Part shown: piece after piece, positions 37,302-46,712 of the stretch
How the letters are laid out: every line of letters begins with the position of its first letter
How positions within the stretch are numbered: the stretch's first letter is position 1
DNA from: Steroidobacteraceae bacterium
Lineage (GTDB): Bacteria; Pseudomonadota; Gammaproteobacteria; Steroidobacterales; Steroidobacteraceae
DNA: 64,000 bases
Assembly: GCA_035517435.1 (NCBI GenBank)
Contig: DATIYV010000070.1
Location: 12,898 to 76,897 of the forward strand
Direction: 5' to 3'
Program-made: the position numbers and the translations under genes
Notes under the pieces: generated by a model
Seen by the model: only the letters and a program-made list of their open reading frames with translations
Told to the model about the DNA's origin: nothing
Databases searched by the model: none

Positions 37302-38225
37302 ATGAATCCGCTGTCCCGCCGCCGGTTTCTCGGCGCTGCCTCCGCGGTCGCATTTGCGCCGCTGCGGCTGGCATTGGGCGCGAGCACTGCACCCGCCATC
37401 ACCGTCACAAGCCTCACGCCGCAGGATCGCGGCGGTCTCGTGCTGCTGCAGGGTGCCGGCTGCAATGTGGTTGCGCTGCCGGGTCCGGATGGCGCACTGA
37501 TGATCGACGGCGGTCTTGCGGCGAATTCGAAGGCGTTGCTCAAGCACGTCGCGGATGTAACCGGCGCGCGGCGCGTAAACACGCTGTTCAACACGCACTG
37601 GCACCCGGAGCAGACCGGCTCCAATGAGGCGGTGGGAAAGGACAAGGGCCTCATCGTCTCCCACGAGGTGACGCGTCTCTATGAGGGACGCAAGGCCACG
37701 TCGGTGTGCTTTGAAGGCAGCTACGGTCCGCTGCCGCCGGTGGCGCGGGCGACCCGCACCACCCGTACCTCGGGCGCGCTGGAGTTCGCAGGGCTGCACG
37801 TCGCGTACGACTACCTGCCCGCGGCGCACACCGACGGGGACCTCTTCGTCCACTTCCCAGAGTTGAACCTCCTGGTGGCCGGTGGGCCGGTGGCGGGTGC
37901 GCGCTGGCCGGTCATCGACATTCACAACGGCGGCTGGCTGGGCGGGCTGGTACGCGGCTATGAAAAGCTCGCCGATCTGGTGAAGCCCGATACCCGCATC
38001 GTGACGACCGACGGGCCGCTGTGGAGCGGCGCCGACATCGTGCGCCTGCGCGACATCTATCAGAAACTCTTCAAGCAGATGTTCGTGTTCTTCAATAAGG
38101 GCTACGGGCCCTCGGATGCCGTGACGGCGCAGCCGCTCAAGGACCTCGAGGCAGGGCTCGGCGATCCGGCCGAGTTCATCGCCGGCGCCTACCGCAGCCT
38201 GCTGCAGGCCTACGTGCCGGACTGA
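37302..38225 (+). CDS. Metallo-beta-lactamase-fold protein with Tat signal and atypical metal motif
   Basis: The SRRRFLGAASAVAFA Tat motif and LMIDGG...NTHWHPEQTG (HxHxEQ in place of HxHxDH) are present. AAHTDGDLFVHF follows further downstream. Confidence 0.8.
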   Translation: MNPLSRRRFLGAASAVAFAPLRLALGASTAPAITVTSLTPQDRGGLVLLQGAGCNVVALPGPDGALMIDGGLAANSKALLKHVADVTGARRVNTLFNTHWHPEQTGSNEAVGKDKGLIVSHEVTRLYEGRKATSVCFEGSYGPLPPVARATRTTRTSGALEFAGLHVAYDYLPAAHTDGDLFVHFPELNLLVAGGPVAGARWPVIDIHNGGWLGGLVRGYEKLADLVKPDTRIVTTDGPLWSGADIVRLRDIYQKLFKQMFVFFNKGYGPSDAVTAQPLKDLEAGLGDPAEFIAGAYRSLLQAYVPD

Positions 38226-38248
38226 GCCGCTCCGGCTCGCGCGGCCCC

Positions 38249-39247
38249 ATGAACTACCGCAGATTCGGCAAGACGGGCTGGGAAGTTTCGGCGATTTCCC
38301 TGGGTACGTGGCAAGTGGGCGGCCGCTGGGGCGAGCCGTTCGATGATCGTGGCGCCGAAGAGATCATCGAGGCGGCGATCGGGCAGGGCGTCAATTTCAT
38401 CGACACAGCTGATGTCTATAGCGATCGTGCGAGCGAGGCGGCTGTCGGCCGCGTCGTGCGCAGGTCGAGGTCACGGCATGGCGATCGGATCTACGTCGCG
38501 ACCAAGTGCGGCCGCTTCATCCGTCCCCACGTCAATGCCCGCTACACACCTGAGGCGCTGCGCGGCTATGTCGAAGCAAGTCTGCGCAACACCGGGCTCG
38601 AGACGCTCGATCTGATCCAGCTGCATTGCCCGCCGACTGAGGTCTATTCCCGCCCTGAGATCTTTGGTCTCTTTGAGCAATTGAAGTCCGAAGGCAAGAT
38701 CCGCCAGCTGGGCGTCTCGGTCGAGAAGATCGATGAGGCATTGAAGGCGATCAAATTCCCGAATGTGGCTTCGGTGCAGATCATCTTCAACATGTTCCGG
38801 CATCGTCCGGCCGAGCAGTTCTTCGCCGAGGCGCGTGCGAAGGATGTCGGCATCATCGCGCGTGTGCCGCTCGCCAGCGGCCTTTTGACCGGCAGCTACA
38901 CGCGCGAGACGGCATTTGGGCCGCGGGACCATCGAAGCTACAACCGCGACGGCGCCATCTTCGACAAGGGCGAGACGTTCTCCGGCGTGCCCTACGAACA
39001 AGGGCTCGCGGCGGTCGAGGCGCTCAAGGCGGTGCTGCCACGGGATCCGCCTCTTTGCGCCTGGGCGCTGCGCTGGATCCTCATGTTCCCGGAAGTCTCG
39101 ACCGTCATTCCCGGCGCGTCACGGGTGGAGCAGATTTCCTCCAATCTCGCCGCCGCCGACCTTCGAGCCCTGTCTGCCGCCGAGATGACCGAGATCAGGC
39201 GGATCTACGACAGCGCGATCCGGCCGCACGTTCATCACCTCTGGTAA
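38249..39247 (+). CDS. Aldo/keto reductase
   Basis: MNYRRFGKTGWEVSAISLGTWQVGG, FIDTADVYSD, and LDLIQLHCP. No signal peptide. Confidence 0.9.
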   Translation: MNYRRFGKTGWEVSAISLGTWQVGGRWGEPFDDRGAEEIIEAAIGQGVNFIDTADVYSDRASEAAVGRVVRRSRSRHGDRIYVATKCGRFIRPHVNARYTPEALRGYVEASLRNTGLETLDLIQLHCPPTEVYSRPEIFGLFEQLKSEGKIRQLGVSVEKIDEALKAIKFPNVASVQIIFNMFRHRPAEQFFAEARAKDVGIIARVPLASGLLTGSYTRETAFGPRDHRSYNRDGAIFDKGETFSGVPYEQGLAAVEALKAVLPRDPPLCAWALRWILMFPEVSTVIPGASRVEQISSNLAAADLRALSAAEMTEIRRIYDSAIRPHVHHLW

Positions 39248-39858
39248 GCGGCGGCCGAGCGTGCAAGCGTTTCAATCGCCGACCAGTCGCCGCGCGCGAT
39301 GAGGGCGGGCGGTGCCACCCATGAGCCGCCGACGCACAGCACATTGGGCAACGCGAGATACGAGGCTGCCCGCTCGGCCGTGATGCCGCCGGTGGGACAG
39401 AACTTGATGCCCGGAAATACGGACGCGAACGCGGACAGGCTCGCCGTGCCGCCGGCCGGCTCGGCGGGGAAGAATTTCAGCGTGTCGTAGCCGGCACTCA
39501 TCGCCGCGAGAATCTCCGACGGCGTCATCACACCCGGCAGCAGCGGCAGGCCTGCGGCTGAAGCAGCTTGCGCCAGCGCCAGTGTAAATCCGGGCGACAC
39601 GGCGAACTGAGCGCCGGCTGCGCGCGCGGACGTGAAATCCTCAGGGCGCGTGAGGGTGCCTGCGCCGATGACAGCGTCGGGCAGGGCGCGGCGCATGCTC
39701 TCGAGCACGGGCAGAGCTGCGGCAGTCCGGAGCGTAACTTCGAGGACGGACAATCCGCCGGCATAAAGTGCCTGCGCCAGCGGGGCGGCATCGCGCACGT
39801 TCTCCACCGCCAGGACCGGAATGACGCGAACGCGTTGCAGAAAGCCACGGATGCTCAT
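39235..39858 (-). CDS. eda: 2-dehydro-3-deoxy-phosphogluconate (KDPG) aldolase
   Basis: VIPVLAVENV...GGLSVLEVTLRT...VIGAGTL...FAVSPG and the Schiff-base region KFFPAE. Start taken at ATG 39858 (MSIRGF); 39870 is also possible. Confidence 0.85.
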   Translation of the reverse strand: MSIRGFLQRVRVIPVLAVENVRDAAPLAQALYAGGLSVLEVTLRTAAALPVLESMRRALPDAVIGAGTLTRPEDFTSARAAGAQFAVSPGFTLALAQAASAAGLPLLPGVMTPSEILAAMSAGYDTLKFFPAEPAGGTASLSAFASVFPGIKFCPTGGITAERAASYLALPNVLCVGGSWVAPPALIARGDWSAIETLARSAAAYQR

Positions 39859-41171
39859 TGCCCAAGTCATTATACTGCCCGGCGGCCGGCGCCGCCGGGC
39901 GCCACAGCGGAGAGACGGCAACGGCTACCGATCATCACGCCGGACGCTACCGGTGGGGCATCTGCGCCCTGCTGTTCGCCGCAACCACAGTCAACTACGT
40001 CGATCGTCAGGTGCTGGGCGTACTCGCGCCCGAGCTCGGGCGCACCTACGGCTGGAGTGAGACCGAATACAGCCACATCGTCACGGCGTTCCAGGCCGCG
40101 TATGCCATCGGGCTCCTGTGCGCCGGTGCCATCATTGATCGGTTGGGGACGCGGGTGGGATATGCGCTGGCGATCGCGGTGTGGAGTCTGGCTGCGATGA
40201 GCCATGCGCTGGTGCGCAGCGTCACCGGATTCATGGGCGCGCGCTTCGTGCTCGGCCTCGGCGAATCCGGCAATTTCCCGGCAGCCGTGAAGACGGTGGC
40301 GGAATGGTTTCCGCAGCGCGAGCGAGCGCTCGCCACCGGCATCTTCAACGCCGGCTCAAACGTGGGTGCGATCCTCGCGCCGCTCATCGTGACTTTAGCG
40401 GCCGCGCGCTTTGGCCTCAGGGCGGGCTTTCTGGCGACAAGCGCATTGAGCTTCGCCTGGCTCATCGCCTGGCTTGCGATCTACCGCTCACCGCCGAAGC
40501 CGGCGCTATCGGATTTGTCGTCCGCGCCTGCGAATTCGCACTTTCGCTGGCGGGAGCTGCTGCGCCATCGTCAGACCTGGGCCATCGTGCTCGCGCGGCT
40601 CCTCACCGATCCCATCTGGTGGTTCTTCCTGTTCTGGCTGCCGAAGTTTCTCGATGCGCAGTACGGGCTGTCGTTGACTGCGCTGGGGCCGCCGCTCGTC
40701 GCGATCTATTTGATGGCCGATGGCGGCAGCATCGGCGGAGGGTGGCTTGCGGGCTCGCTGCTGCGTCGCGGCTGGACGGCCGATCGCGCGCGCAAGACCG
40801 CAATGCTGGTCTGCGCGGTGGTGGTCGTGCCGATTGTGTTTGCGGCCCATGCGCAGGGACTGTGGCTGGCGGTGGCGCTGATCGGACTTGCGGTCGCCGG
40901 GCACCAGGGCTGGTCCGCCAATCTCTACACTCTGGTCTCGGATCTGTTCCCGAGCGAGGCGGTCGCGTCCGTGGTCGGCCTGGCAAGCTGCGCCGGAGCC
41001 ATCGGCGGCATGCTCATCTCCACGCTGGTCGGCTGGCTCCTGCAGAGCTCGGGCAGCTATGTGCCGGTGTTTACGCTTGCGGCCTCCGCGTATCTCGCCG
41101 CACTGGCGCTGGTGCAGGTGCTGGTGCCGCAGCTGCAGCCTGCGTCGCTCGCCGCGCCTCAGAGCCGGTAG
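39858..41171 (+). CDS. MFS transporter, hexuronate (ExuT)-like; start uncertain
   Basis: 12-TM MFS. YRWGICALLFAATTVNYVDRQVLGVLAP resembles the ExuT/ACS-family N-terminus. The only canonical start is TTG 39858, about 25 codons upstream of the homology. Confidence 0.8.
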   Translation: MPKSLYCPAAGAAGRHSGETATATDHHAGRYRWGICALLFAATTVNYVDRQVLGVLAPELGRTYGWSETEYSHIVTAFQAAYAIGLLCAGAIIDRLGTRVGYALAIAVWSLAAMSHALVRSVTGFMGARFVLGLGESGNFPAAVKTVAEWFPQRERALATGIFNAGSNVGAILAPLIVTLAAARFGLRAGFLATSALSFAWLIAWLAIYRSPPKPALSDLSSAPANSHFRWRELLRHRQTWAIVLARLLTDPIWWFFLFWLPKFLDAQYGLSLTALGPPLVAIYLMADGGSIGGGWLAGSLLRRGWTADRARKTAMLVCAVVVVPIVFAAHAQGLWLAVALIGLAVAGHQGWSANLYTLVSDLFPSEAVASVVGLASCAGAIGGMLISTLVGWLLQSSGSYVPVFTLAASAYLAALALVQVLVPQLQPASLAAPQSR

Positions 41172-42607
41172 GCGGCCTTGGGCAGGCGGTAGGCGAGATC
41201 GATCGCGACCTGCGCGGCCTCCGGCTGCGGCAGGCGATGCTCGGCGACGAGCCGGGCGAGAAAGGCGCAGTCGACTCGCCGCGCGACATCGTGCCGAGCC
41301 GGAATCGAGAGAAACGCCCGCGTGTCGTCATTGAAGCCGACGGTGTTGTAGAAGCCGGCCGTTTCGGTCGTCTGCTCGCGAAAGCGTCTGAGTCCTTCCG
41401 GGCTGTCATGGAACCACCACGCCGGACCGAGCCTCAGTGCCGGATAGTGGCCGGCGAGCGGGGCGAGCTCACGGCTGTAGCTCGACTCATCGAGCGTGAA
41501 GACGATGATGCTCAAGGAGCGCTCGTTGCCGAAGCGTGCAAGCAGCGGCCGCAGCGCTCCAACGTAGTCCGTACGCGTAGGGATGTCGGCGCCCAGATTC
41601 GGGCCGAACGCGCCGTAGAGCGCGGGGTTGTGGTTGCGCCACGAGCCGGGATGAATCTGCACGACGAGCCCGTCGTCCAGGCTCATGCGCACCATCTCCG
41701 TGAGCATCTGGGCGCGCAGCAGCTCTGCATCTGCGGGCTCTACGCTGCCGGCGCGCGCGCCGGACAGAACCCGGGCAAACAGCTCTTCGGCCTCGCGTAA
41801 GGTGAGGTCAGCAGTTTGCGCCGTCGGATGGCCGTGATCGGTGGAGGTCGCGCCAAAGCCCTTGAAATACGCGCGGCGCGAGCGATGCGCTGCCAGATAC
41901 CCGCGCCAGCTCAAAACATCCTCGCCGGTGAGCTCACCGAAGCGCTGCAGGTGCTGCCAGAAGCCGGGCGTTTGCGCATCGACGACCGGGTCGGGCCGGT
42001 ACGCAGTGAGCACGCGGCCTTTCCAGCCACTCTTTCGAATGGCGGCGTGCGAGTCGAGCGCATCGAGCGGGGATTCGGTGGTGACGAGCACCTCGATGTT
42101 GAAGCGCTCGAAAAGCGCGCGCGGCCGAAAGCCGGCCTCAGCGAGCTGCCGACTGATGCGCTCGTAGGCCGCATCCGCGTTGCTCGCGCTCAAGGGCACC
42201 TCGCAGCCGAATACGGCCGCGAGCGTCCAATCGAGCCACAGGCGCGTGGGCGTGCCCCGGAACAGGTAATAGTGGGACGCAAACAATCGCCAGATGGCGC
42301 GCGGGTCCGCGACGCTTGCGGGCGGCAGTGCGACGTTCGCATCCGCACCGGGGGTAATCCCGAGTGACTCGAGCGCAATGCCCTGGCTGTAGAGCATGCG
42401 CAGGATATAGTGGTCGGGTGTAATCACCAGCGAGGCGGGGTCGCTGAAGGCGGCATTGGCGGCGAACCACACCGGATCGGTGTGGCCGTGCGGGCTGATG
42501 ATCGGCAGCGAGCGCACTTCGCCGTAGAGCTCGCGCGCAATGTCGCGCGTCAGGGGATCGGCCGGAAACAGCCGGTCCGGGTGCAACGGATCAGGATAGT
42601 CAGACAT
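41159..42607 (-). CDS. uxaC: Glucuronate isomerase
   Basis: [12 protein letters not shown] plus the overall length and pattern of UxaC. Confidence 0.9.
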   Translation of the reverse strand: MSDYPDPLHPDRLFPADPLTRDIARELYGEVRSLPIISPHGHTDPVWFAANAAFSDPASLVITPDHYILRMLYSQGIALESLGITPGADANVALPPASVADPRAIWRLFASHYYLFRGTPTRLWLDWTLAAVFGCEVPLSASNADAAYERISRQLAEAGFRPRALFERFNIEVLVTTESPLDALDSHAAIRKSGWKGRVLTAYRPDPVVDAQTPGFWQHLQRFGELTGEDVLSWRGYLAAHRSRRAYFKGFGATSTDHGHPTAQTADLTLREAEELFARVLSGARAGSVEPADAELLRAQMLTEMVRMSLDDGLVVQIHPGSWRNHNPALYGAFGPNLGADIPTRTDYVGALRPLLARFGNERSLSIIVFTLDESSYSRELAPLAGHYPALRLGPAWWFHDSPEGLRRFREQTTETAGFYNTVGFNDDTRAFLSIPARHDVARRVDCAFLARLVAEHRLPQPEAAQVAIDLAYRLPKAAYRL

Positions 42608-43853
42608 GGCGCAGCCTCAGCAGACCTCCCACGGCTCAACACGAGACCGCGAGATTATCGCGGCACGGGTCATCGTGACCTGTCCGGGACGAAATTTCGT
42701 GACCCTGAAGATCGAGACGCGCTCCGGGGTGTATGGCATCGGCGATGCGACGCTCAACGGGCGCGAGCGCGCCGTCGCCGCCTACCTCGAGGAGCACATC
42801 GCCCCGCTGCTGATCGGACGGGATGCTGGCCGGATCGAGGACACCTGGCAGCTGCTGTACCGCGGAGCCTACTGGCGGCGTGGACCGGTCACAATGACGG
42901 CGATCGCGGCGGTGGATGTCGCGCTGTGGGACATCCTGGGCAAGATGGCGGGACTGCCGCTGTATCAGCTCCTGGGTGGGCGCTCGCGCGATGGCGTGCT
43001 GGTCTATACCCACGCACACGGCCACGACATCCCCGCCACGAGCGCAGAAGTCGGGCGATGGGTCGCCCAGGGGTATCGGGCCGTGCGCGCTCAATGCGGC
43101 ATTCCGGGGCTGGCCAAGCCCTACGGCATCTCGAGTGCCCGCACTTACGAGCCTGCAGAGAGCGCCTTGCCGGCCGAGACCGTGTGGTCCGCGCCCAATT
43201 ATCTCGACGTGGTGCCGAGGCTCTTCGAGCAGCTGCGCCGCGATCACGGCCGGGAGCTGGAGCTGCTGCACGATGTGCACCATCGGCTGCTGCCGGTCGA
43301 GGCGGCACGGCTCGCGCGCGATCTCGAGCCCTACCGGCTGTTCTGGCTCGAGGATGCGACGCCTGCCGAGAATCAGAGCGCCTTCGAGCTCATCCGGCGC
43401 CACTCCGTCACACCGCTGGCGGTGGGCGAGGTATTCAATTCGATCTGGGACTGCAAGCAGCTGATCGAGTCGAGGTTGATCGACTTCATCCGCACGACGA
43501 TTGTGCACGCCGGCGGCATCACGCACGTGCGGCGCATCGCTGACCTTGCAGCCTTGCATCAGGTGCGCACCGGATTTCACGGCGCCTCCGATCTCTCCCC
43601 CGTGTGTCTGGGCGCGGCGCTGCACTTCGATACCTGGGTGCCGAACTTCGGCATCCAGGAATACGTCGAGCACACGCGCGAGACACTCGAGGTCTTCCCG
43701 CACGACTTCCATTTCACCGACGGGCGACTGTTCTGCGGCGAGACGCCCGGGCACGGCGTCGAGCTGGATGAGAAGCTTGCCGCGCGCTATCCGTACTCGC
43801 CCAAGCAGCTGCCGATCGCGCGTCTGCAGGACGGAACCATGTGGGACTGGTGA
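42606..43853 (+). CDS. manD: D-mannonate dehydratase, enolase-superfamily (ManD) type
   Basis: [33 protein letters not shown]...[13 protein letters not shown]...ALWDILGK is the ManD signature. There are about 16 extra N-terminal residues relative to the homologues I recall. Confidence 0.9.
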   Translation: MAQPQQTSHGSTRDREIIAARVIVTCPGRNFVTLKIETRSGVYGIGDATLNGRERAVAAYLEEHIAPLLIGRDAGRIEDTWQLLYRGAYWRRGPVTMTAIAAVDVALWDILGKMAGLPLYQLLGGRSRDGVLVYTHAHGHDIPATSAEVGRWVAQGYRAVRAQCGIPGLAKPYGISSARTYEPAESALPAETVWSAPNYLDVVPRLFEQLRRDHGRELELLHDVHHRLLPVEAARLARDLEPYRLFWLEDATPAENQSAFELIRRHSVTPLAVGEVFNSIWDCKQLIESRLIDFIRTTIVHAGGITHVRRIADLAALHQVRTGFHGASDLSPVCLGAALHFDTWVPNFGIQEYVEHTRETLEVFPHDFHFTDGRLFCGETPGHGVELDEKLAARYPYSPKQLPIARLQDGTMWDW

Positions 43854-45286
43854 GGCTCAACGCCGCCACGCTGCGTGAGGCAAACGCGGGGGTTGAGCGC
43901 CCGGCTTACGATCGCGCCAGCACTTGCATTGGCATTGTGCATTTCGGGCCAGGCGCGTTTCACCGGGCGCATCAGGCGGACTACATCGATCAGCTCCTCG
44001 GCGCCGACCCGCGCTGGGCGATCAGCGCCGTGTCGCTTCGAAGCGCGTCGGTGCGCGAAGCGCTGGCGCCCCAGGACTGCCTCTACACACGAGTGGAGCT
44101 CGGTAGCGAAGTGCGTTACCGCGTGATCGGCGCCATCCGCGAAGTGCTGACCGCGCCCGAGCAACCCCAGGCGGTGCTCGCGCGACTGAGCGCCCCACAG
44201 ACGCGCTTTGTCACGCTGACGGTGACCGAAGCGGGCTACTGTCTGGATGCCGGCTCGAGGCTGGATGTCTCGCATCCGGATATCGCGCATGATCTGACGC
44301 AGCCGCAGGCTCCGCGCTCTGCAATCGGCTGGCTCACGAACGGCCTGCGTGCCCGGCGCGCGGCCGGCGTGCCGCCCTTCATCGTTCTCAGTTGCGACAA
44401 CCTGCCTGCCAATGGCCCCACGCTGCACGCAGCACTCACCGACTTCGCCGGCCGCATCGACTCTGAGCTGGCCCGCTGGATCGAGACCCAGGTTGTTTGT
44501 CCGAGGACCATGGTCGACAGCATTACGCCCGCCACGGATGCGCCGCTTCGAGCTCAGGTTGCGGCTGCCGTCGGTCTGCAGGATGCCTGGCCCGTGCAGC
44601 GTGAAGCCTTCCGGCAGTGGGTCATCGAAGATCTGCCGGCGGTACGGGAACTCGACTGGCGCTCGATCGGCGTGACGCTCGCGGCTGATGTCGCGCTCTA
44701 CGAGCGCGCGAAGCTGCGTCTGCTCAATGGAGCGCATTCGACGCTCGCCTACGCCGGACTGCTGCGCAATCACATCACCGTTCGGGAGGCCATGGCGGAT
44801 CGCGACCTGGCGGGCTTCGTCGAGCGGCTCATGCGGGAGGACATCGCAGCGAGCCTGAACCCCAGTGGCGGCTTCGACACGGGCGGCTACATCGATGCGC
44901 TGCTCACGCGCTTTCGCAATCCGGGGTTGAAGCATCAGCTCGCGCAAATCGCCTGGGATGGCTCGAAGAAGTTGCCGGCGCGTCTGGGCGCGGTCTTTGA
45001 GGAGGCTCTTGCCGCGGGTCGGCCGCTGCATCGATTGACGGTGCCCCTGGCCGCGTGGATGCGCTTCATCGCGCGCCAGGCCAGGGCCGGCGTTCCCATT
45101 GTCGATCCGCAGGCAGGCACACTTGCCAGTCTCGGTGCGGCGTGCAGGGGCGTGGCGGAGGCCGACGTGGAGCGCTTCCTGAGTCTGGGCGGGATGCTGT
45201 CCGCGGAATTGCGCGCCAGCGCCTCGTTCAAATCGGCACTCATCCACGCGTATGGAGAGCTTGGCGGCGGGGGACTACCGCTTTAG
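43841..45286 (+). CDS. uxuB: Mannitol-dehydrogenase-family oxidoreductase, probable fructuronate reductase (D-mannonate oxidoreductase)
   Basis: [18 protein letters not shown] Rossmann N-terminus. Context is next to manD/uxaC. An alternative start at GTG 43850 would give a GTGA overlap with the manD stop. Confidence 0.75.
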   Translation: MGLVRLNAATLREANAGVERPAYDRASTCIGIVHFGPGAFHRAHQADYIDQLLGADPRWAISAVSLRSASVREALAPQDCLYTRVELGSEVRYRVIGAIREVLTAPEQPQAVLARLSAPQTRFVTLTVTEAGYCLDAGSRLDVSHPDIAHDLTQPQAPRSAIGWLTNGLRARRAAGVPPFIVLSCDNLPANGPTLHAALTDFAGRIDSELARWIETQVVCPRTMVDSITPATDAPLRAQVAAAVGLQDAWPVQREAFRQWVIEDLPAVRELDWRSIGVTLAADVALYERAKLRLLNGAHSTLAYAGLLRNHITVREAMADRDLAGFVERLMREDIAASLNPSGGFDTGGYIDALLTRFRNPGLKHQLAQIAWDGSKKLPARLGAVFEEALAAGRPLHRLTVPLAAWMRFIARQARAGVPIVDPQAGTLASLGAACRGVAEADVERFLSLGGMLSAELRASASFKSALIHAYGELGGGGLPL

Positions 45287-45783
45287 AGACTGAACGCTCT
45301 GTCGTAGGTCACGACGCCTTTGGGGAGCGGGCCGTCAAATGTGAGCGCCTGGAAGTACTCGGCCGGAACACCCGCGAGGATGAGCGCAGGCTCGTGGCGG
45401 AAGCCAAAGCGGCCGTAGTACGCCCTCTCGCCCAGCACGACACAGCCCGACGCGCCCTGTGCGCGAAGCCGAAGGAGCGCCTCGCGCATGAGCTGCGTAC
45501 CGATGCCCTGGCGCTGATGTTCGGGCAGCACGCAGATCGGGCCGAGACCAAACCATCCGCGGGTGCCATCCGATATCGAGACGGGCGAGAGCGCCACATG
45601 CCCGATCACCCGACCCTCCGCTTCGGCGATGAGTGAGAGCGTGAGCTTTCCCGCCTGGCGTAAGGTGTTGACGATGTGCTGCTCGGTGTGATTGGTATGC
45701 GGCGCATTCAGAAACGCAGCGAACGTCACGGCCTCGATGCTCGAGATGTCTGCCGCCGTTTCGGCGCGAAGCGTGACGTTCAC
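45283..45783 (-). CDS. GNAT-family N-acetyltransferase
   Basis: RVIGHVALSPV...QRQGIGTQLMREAL (acetyl-CoA Q/RxxGxG/A motif). The GTG start overlaps the kdgK stop (GTGA). Confidence 0.8.
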   Translation of the reverse strand: MNVTLRAETAADISSIEAVTFAAFLNAPHTNHTEQHIVNTLRQAGKLTLSLIAEAEGRVIGHVALSPVSISDGTRGWFGLGPICVLPEHQRQGIGTQLMREALLRLRAQGASGCVVLGERAYYGRFGFRHEPALILAGVPAEYFQALTFDGPLPKGVVTYDRAFSL

Positions 45784-46709
45784 AGCGTCTCGCGGATGAG
45801 CTCCGCCATCGCCTCCCGAGGCGCAATGGCGCCGCCGTGTTGCACCACCACGCCCGCCAGCCGATGAGCGAATCGCGCCGCCTGCGCAGGCGCGGACCCG
45901 CTTAGCCGGCGCGCGAGATAGCCCGCATTGAAGGCATCGCCGGCCGCGGTGGTGTCGATGATGCGCGGCACCGGCACCGCCGGCACCTCGACATCACCTG
46001 TCGGTGCGAACACGAGCGCCGGCTCCGCACCCCGCTTCACCACGCCTTCCAGGGCGCCGAAGGCCCGCCAGCGGCGCGCCACGGCGTCTGCCGATGCATC
46101 GCCCCAGAGCGCGGTTTCATCCTCAAGCGTAGGAAACACCATCGACACCAGCGGCGCGAAATCGCCGATGGCATCGCGTGCCTCACTCACGGCAGCCCAG
46201 CCCCGCGCGCGATAGTTCGGATCGAAGGCCACACGACCGCCGCGTTCTCGCACGCGCGCCGCGAGCTCCCGCAGCAGGCGGCGCGTGGCCGATGAGAACA
46301 GCGAGAGCGTAATGCCGGAGAGGTAAAGCAGGCCGCAATCGGCCGCGCGGTCGAGCAGGGTGGCACTACCGGCAGATTGAAACAACGCCCGTGCAGCGCT
46401 TTCGGATCGCCAGTAGGCGAACTCCCGTTCGCCATTGGGGGCGGTGCGTATGGCGTACAGGCCGGGCAGGCGGCGCGCGTCGCGCATCACGAGCTCGGTG
46501 CGAATGCCTTCGCCGGTCCAGGCCGCAAGCATCGCCTCGGAGTACGCATCGGTCCCCAGGGCTGTCAGAAAGGCCGGCGCGAGCCCCAGGCGGGCGAGAT
46601 ACAGCGCCGTATTGAATGCATCGCCGCCGAAGCCAAGCTGCGCCGCGCCGGGAATGCGGCTGCCCGCCAGCTCGAGCATGCACTCACCGATGCAGACGAC
46701 TGAAGTCAT
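45780..46709 (-). CDS. kdgK: 2-dehydro-3-deoxygluconokinase (PfkB family)
   Basis: VCIGECMLEL N-terminus and the PfkB signature DTTAAGDAFNAGYL. Lies in the hexuronate cluster. Confidence 0.85.
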   Translation of the reverse strand: MTSVVCIGECMLELAGSRIPGAAQLGFGGDAFNTALYLARLGLAPAFLTALGTDAYSEAMLAAWTGEGIRTELVMRDARRLPGLYAIRTAPNGEREFAYWRSESAARALFQSAGSATLLDRAADCGLLYLSGITLSLFSSATRRLLRELAARVRERGGRVAFDPNYRARGWAAVSEARDAIGDFAPLVSMVFPTLEDETALWGDASADAVARRWRAFGALEGVVKRGAEPALVFAPTGDVEVPAVPVPRIIDTTAAGDAFNAGYLARRLSGSAPAQAARFAHRLAGVVVQHGGAIAPREAMAELIRETL

Positions 46710-46712
46710 GAG

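Noticed and set aside
40181-45247. Long alternative-frame or antisense ORFs across the hexuronate cluster (40181-41800, 539 aa; 42410-43543; 42636-43754; 43787-45247, 486 aa).
   Set aside because: They conflict with the MFS, uxaC, manD and uxuB genes, all of which carry diagnostic motifs. The alternatives have none.
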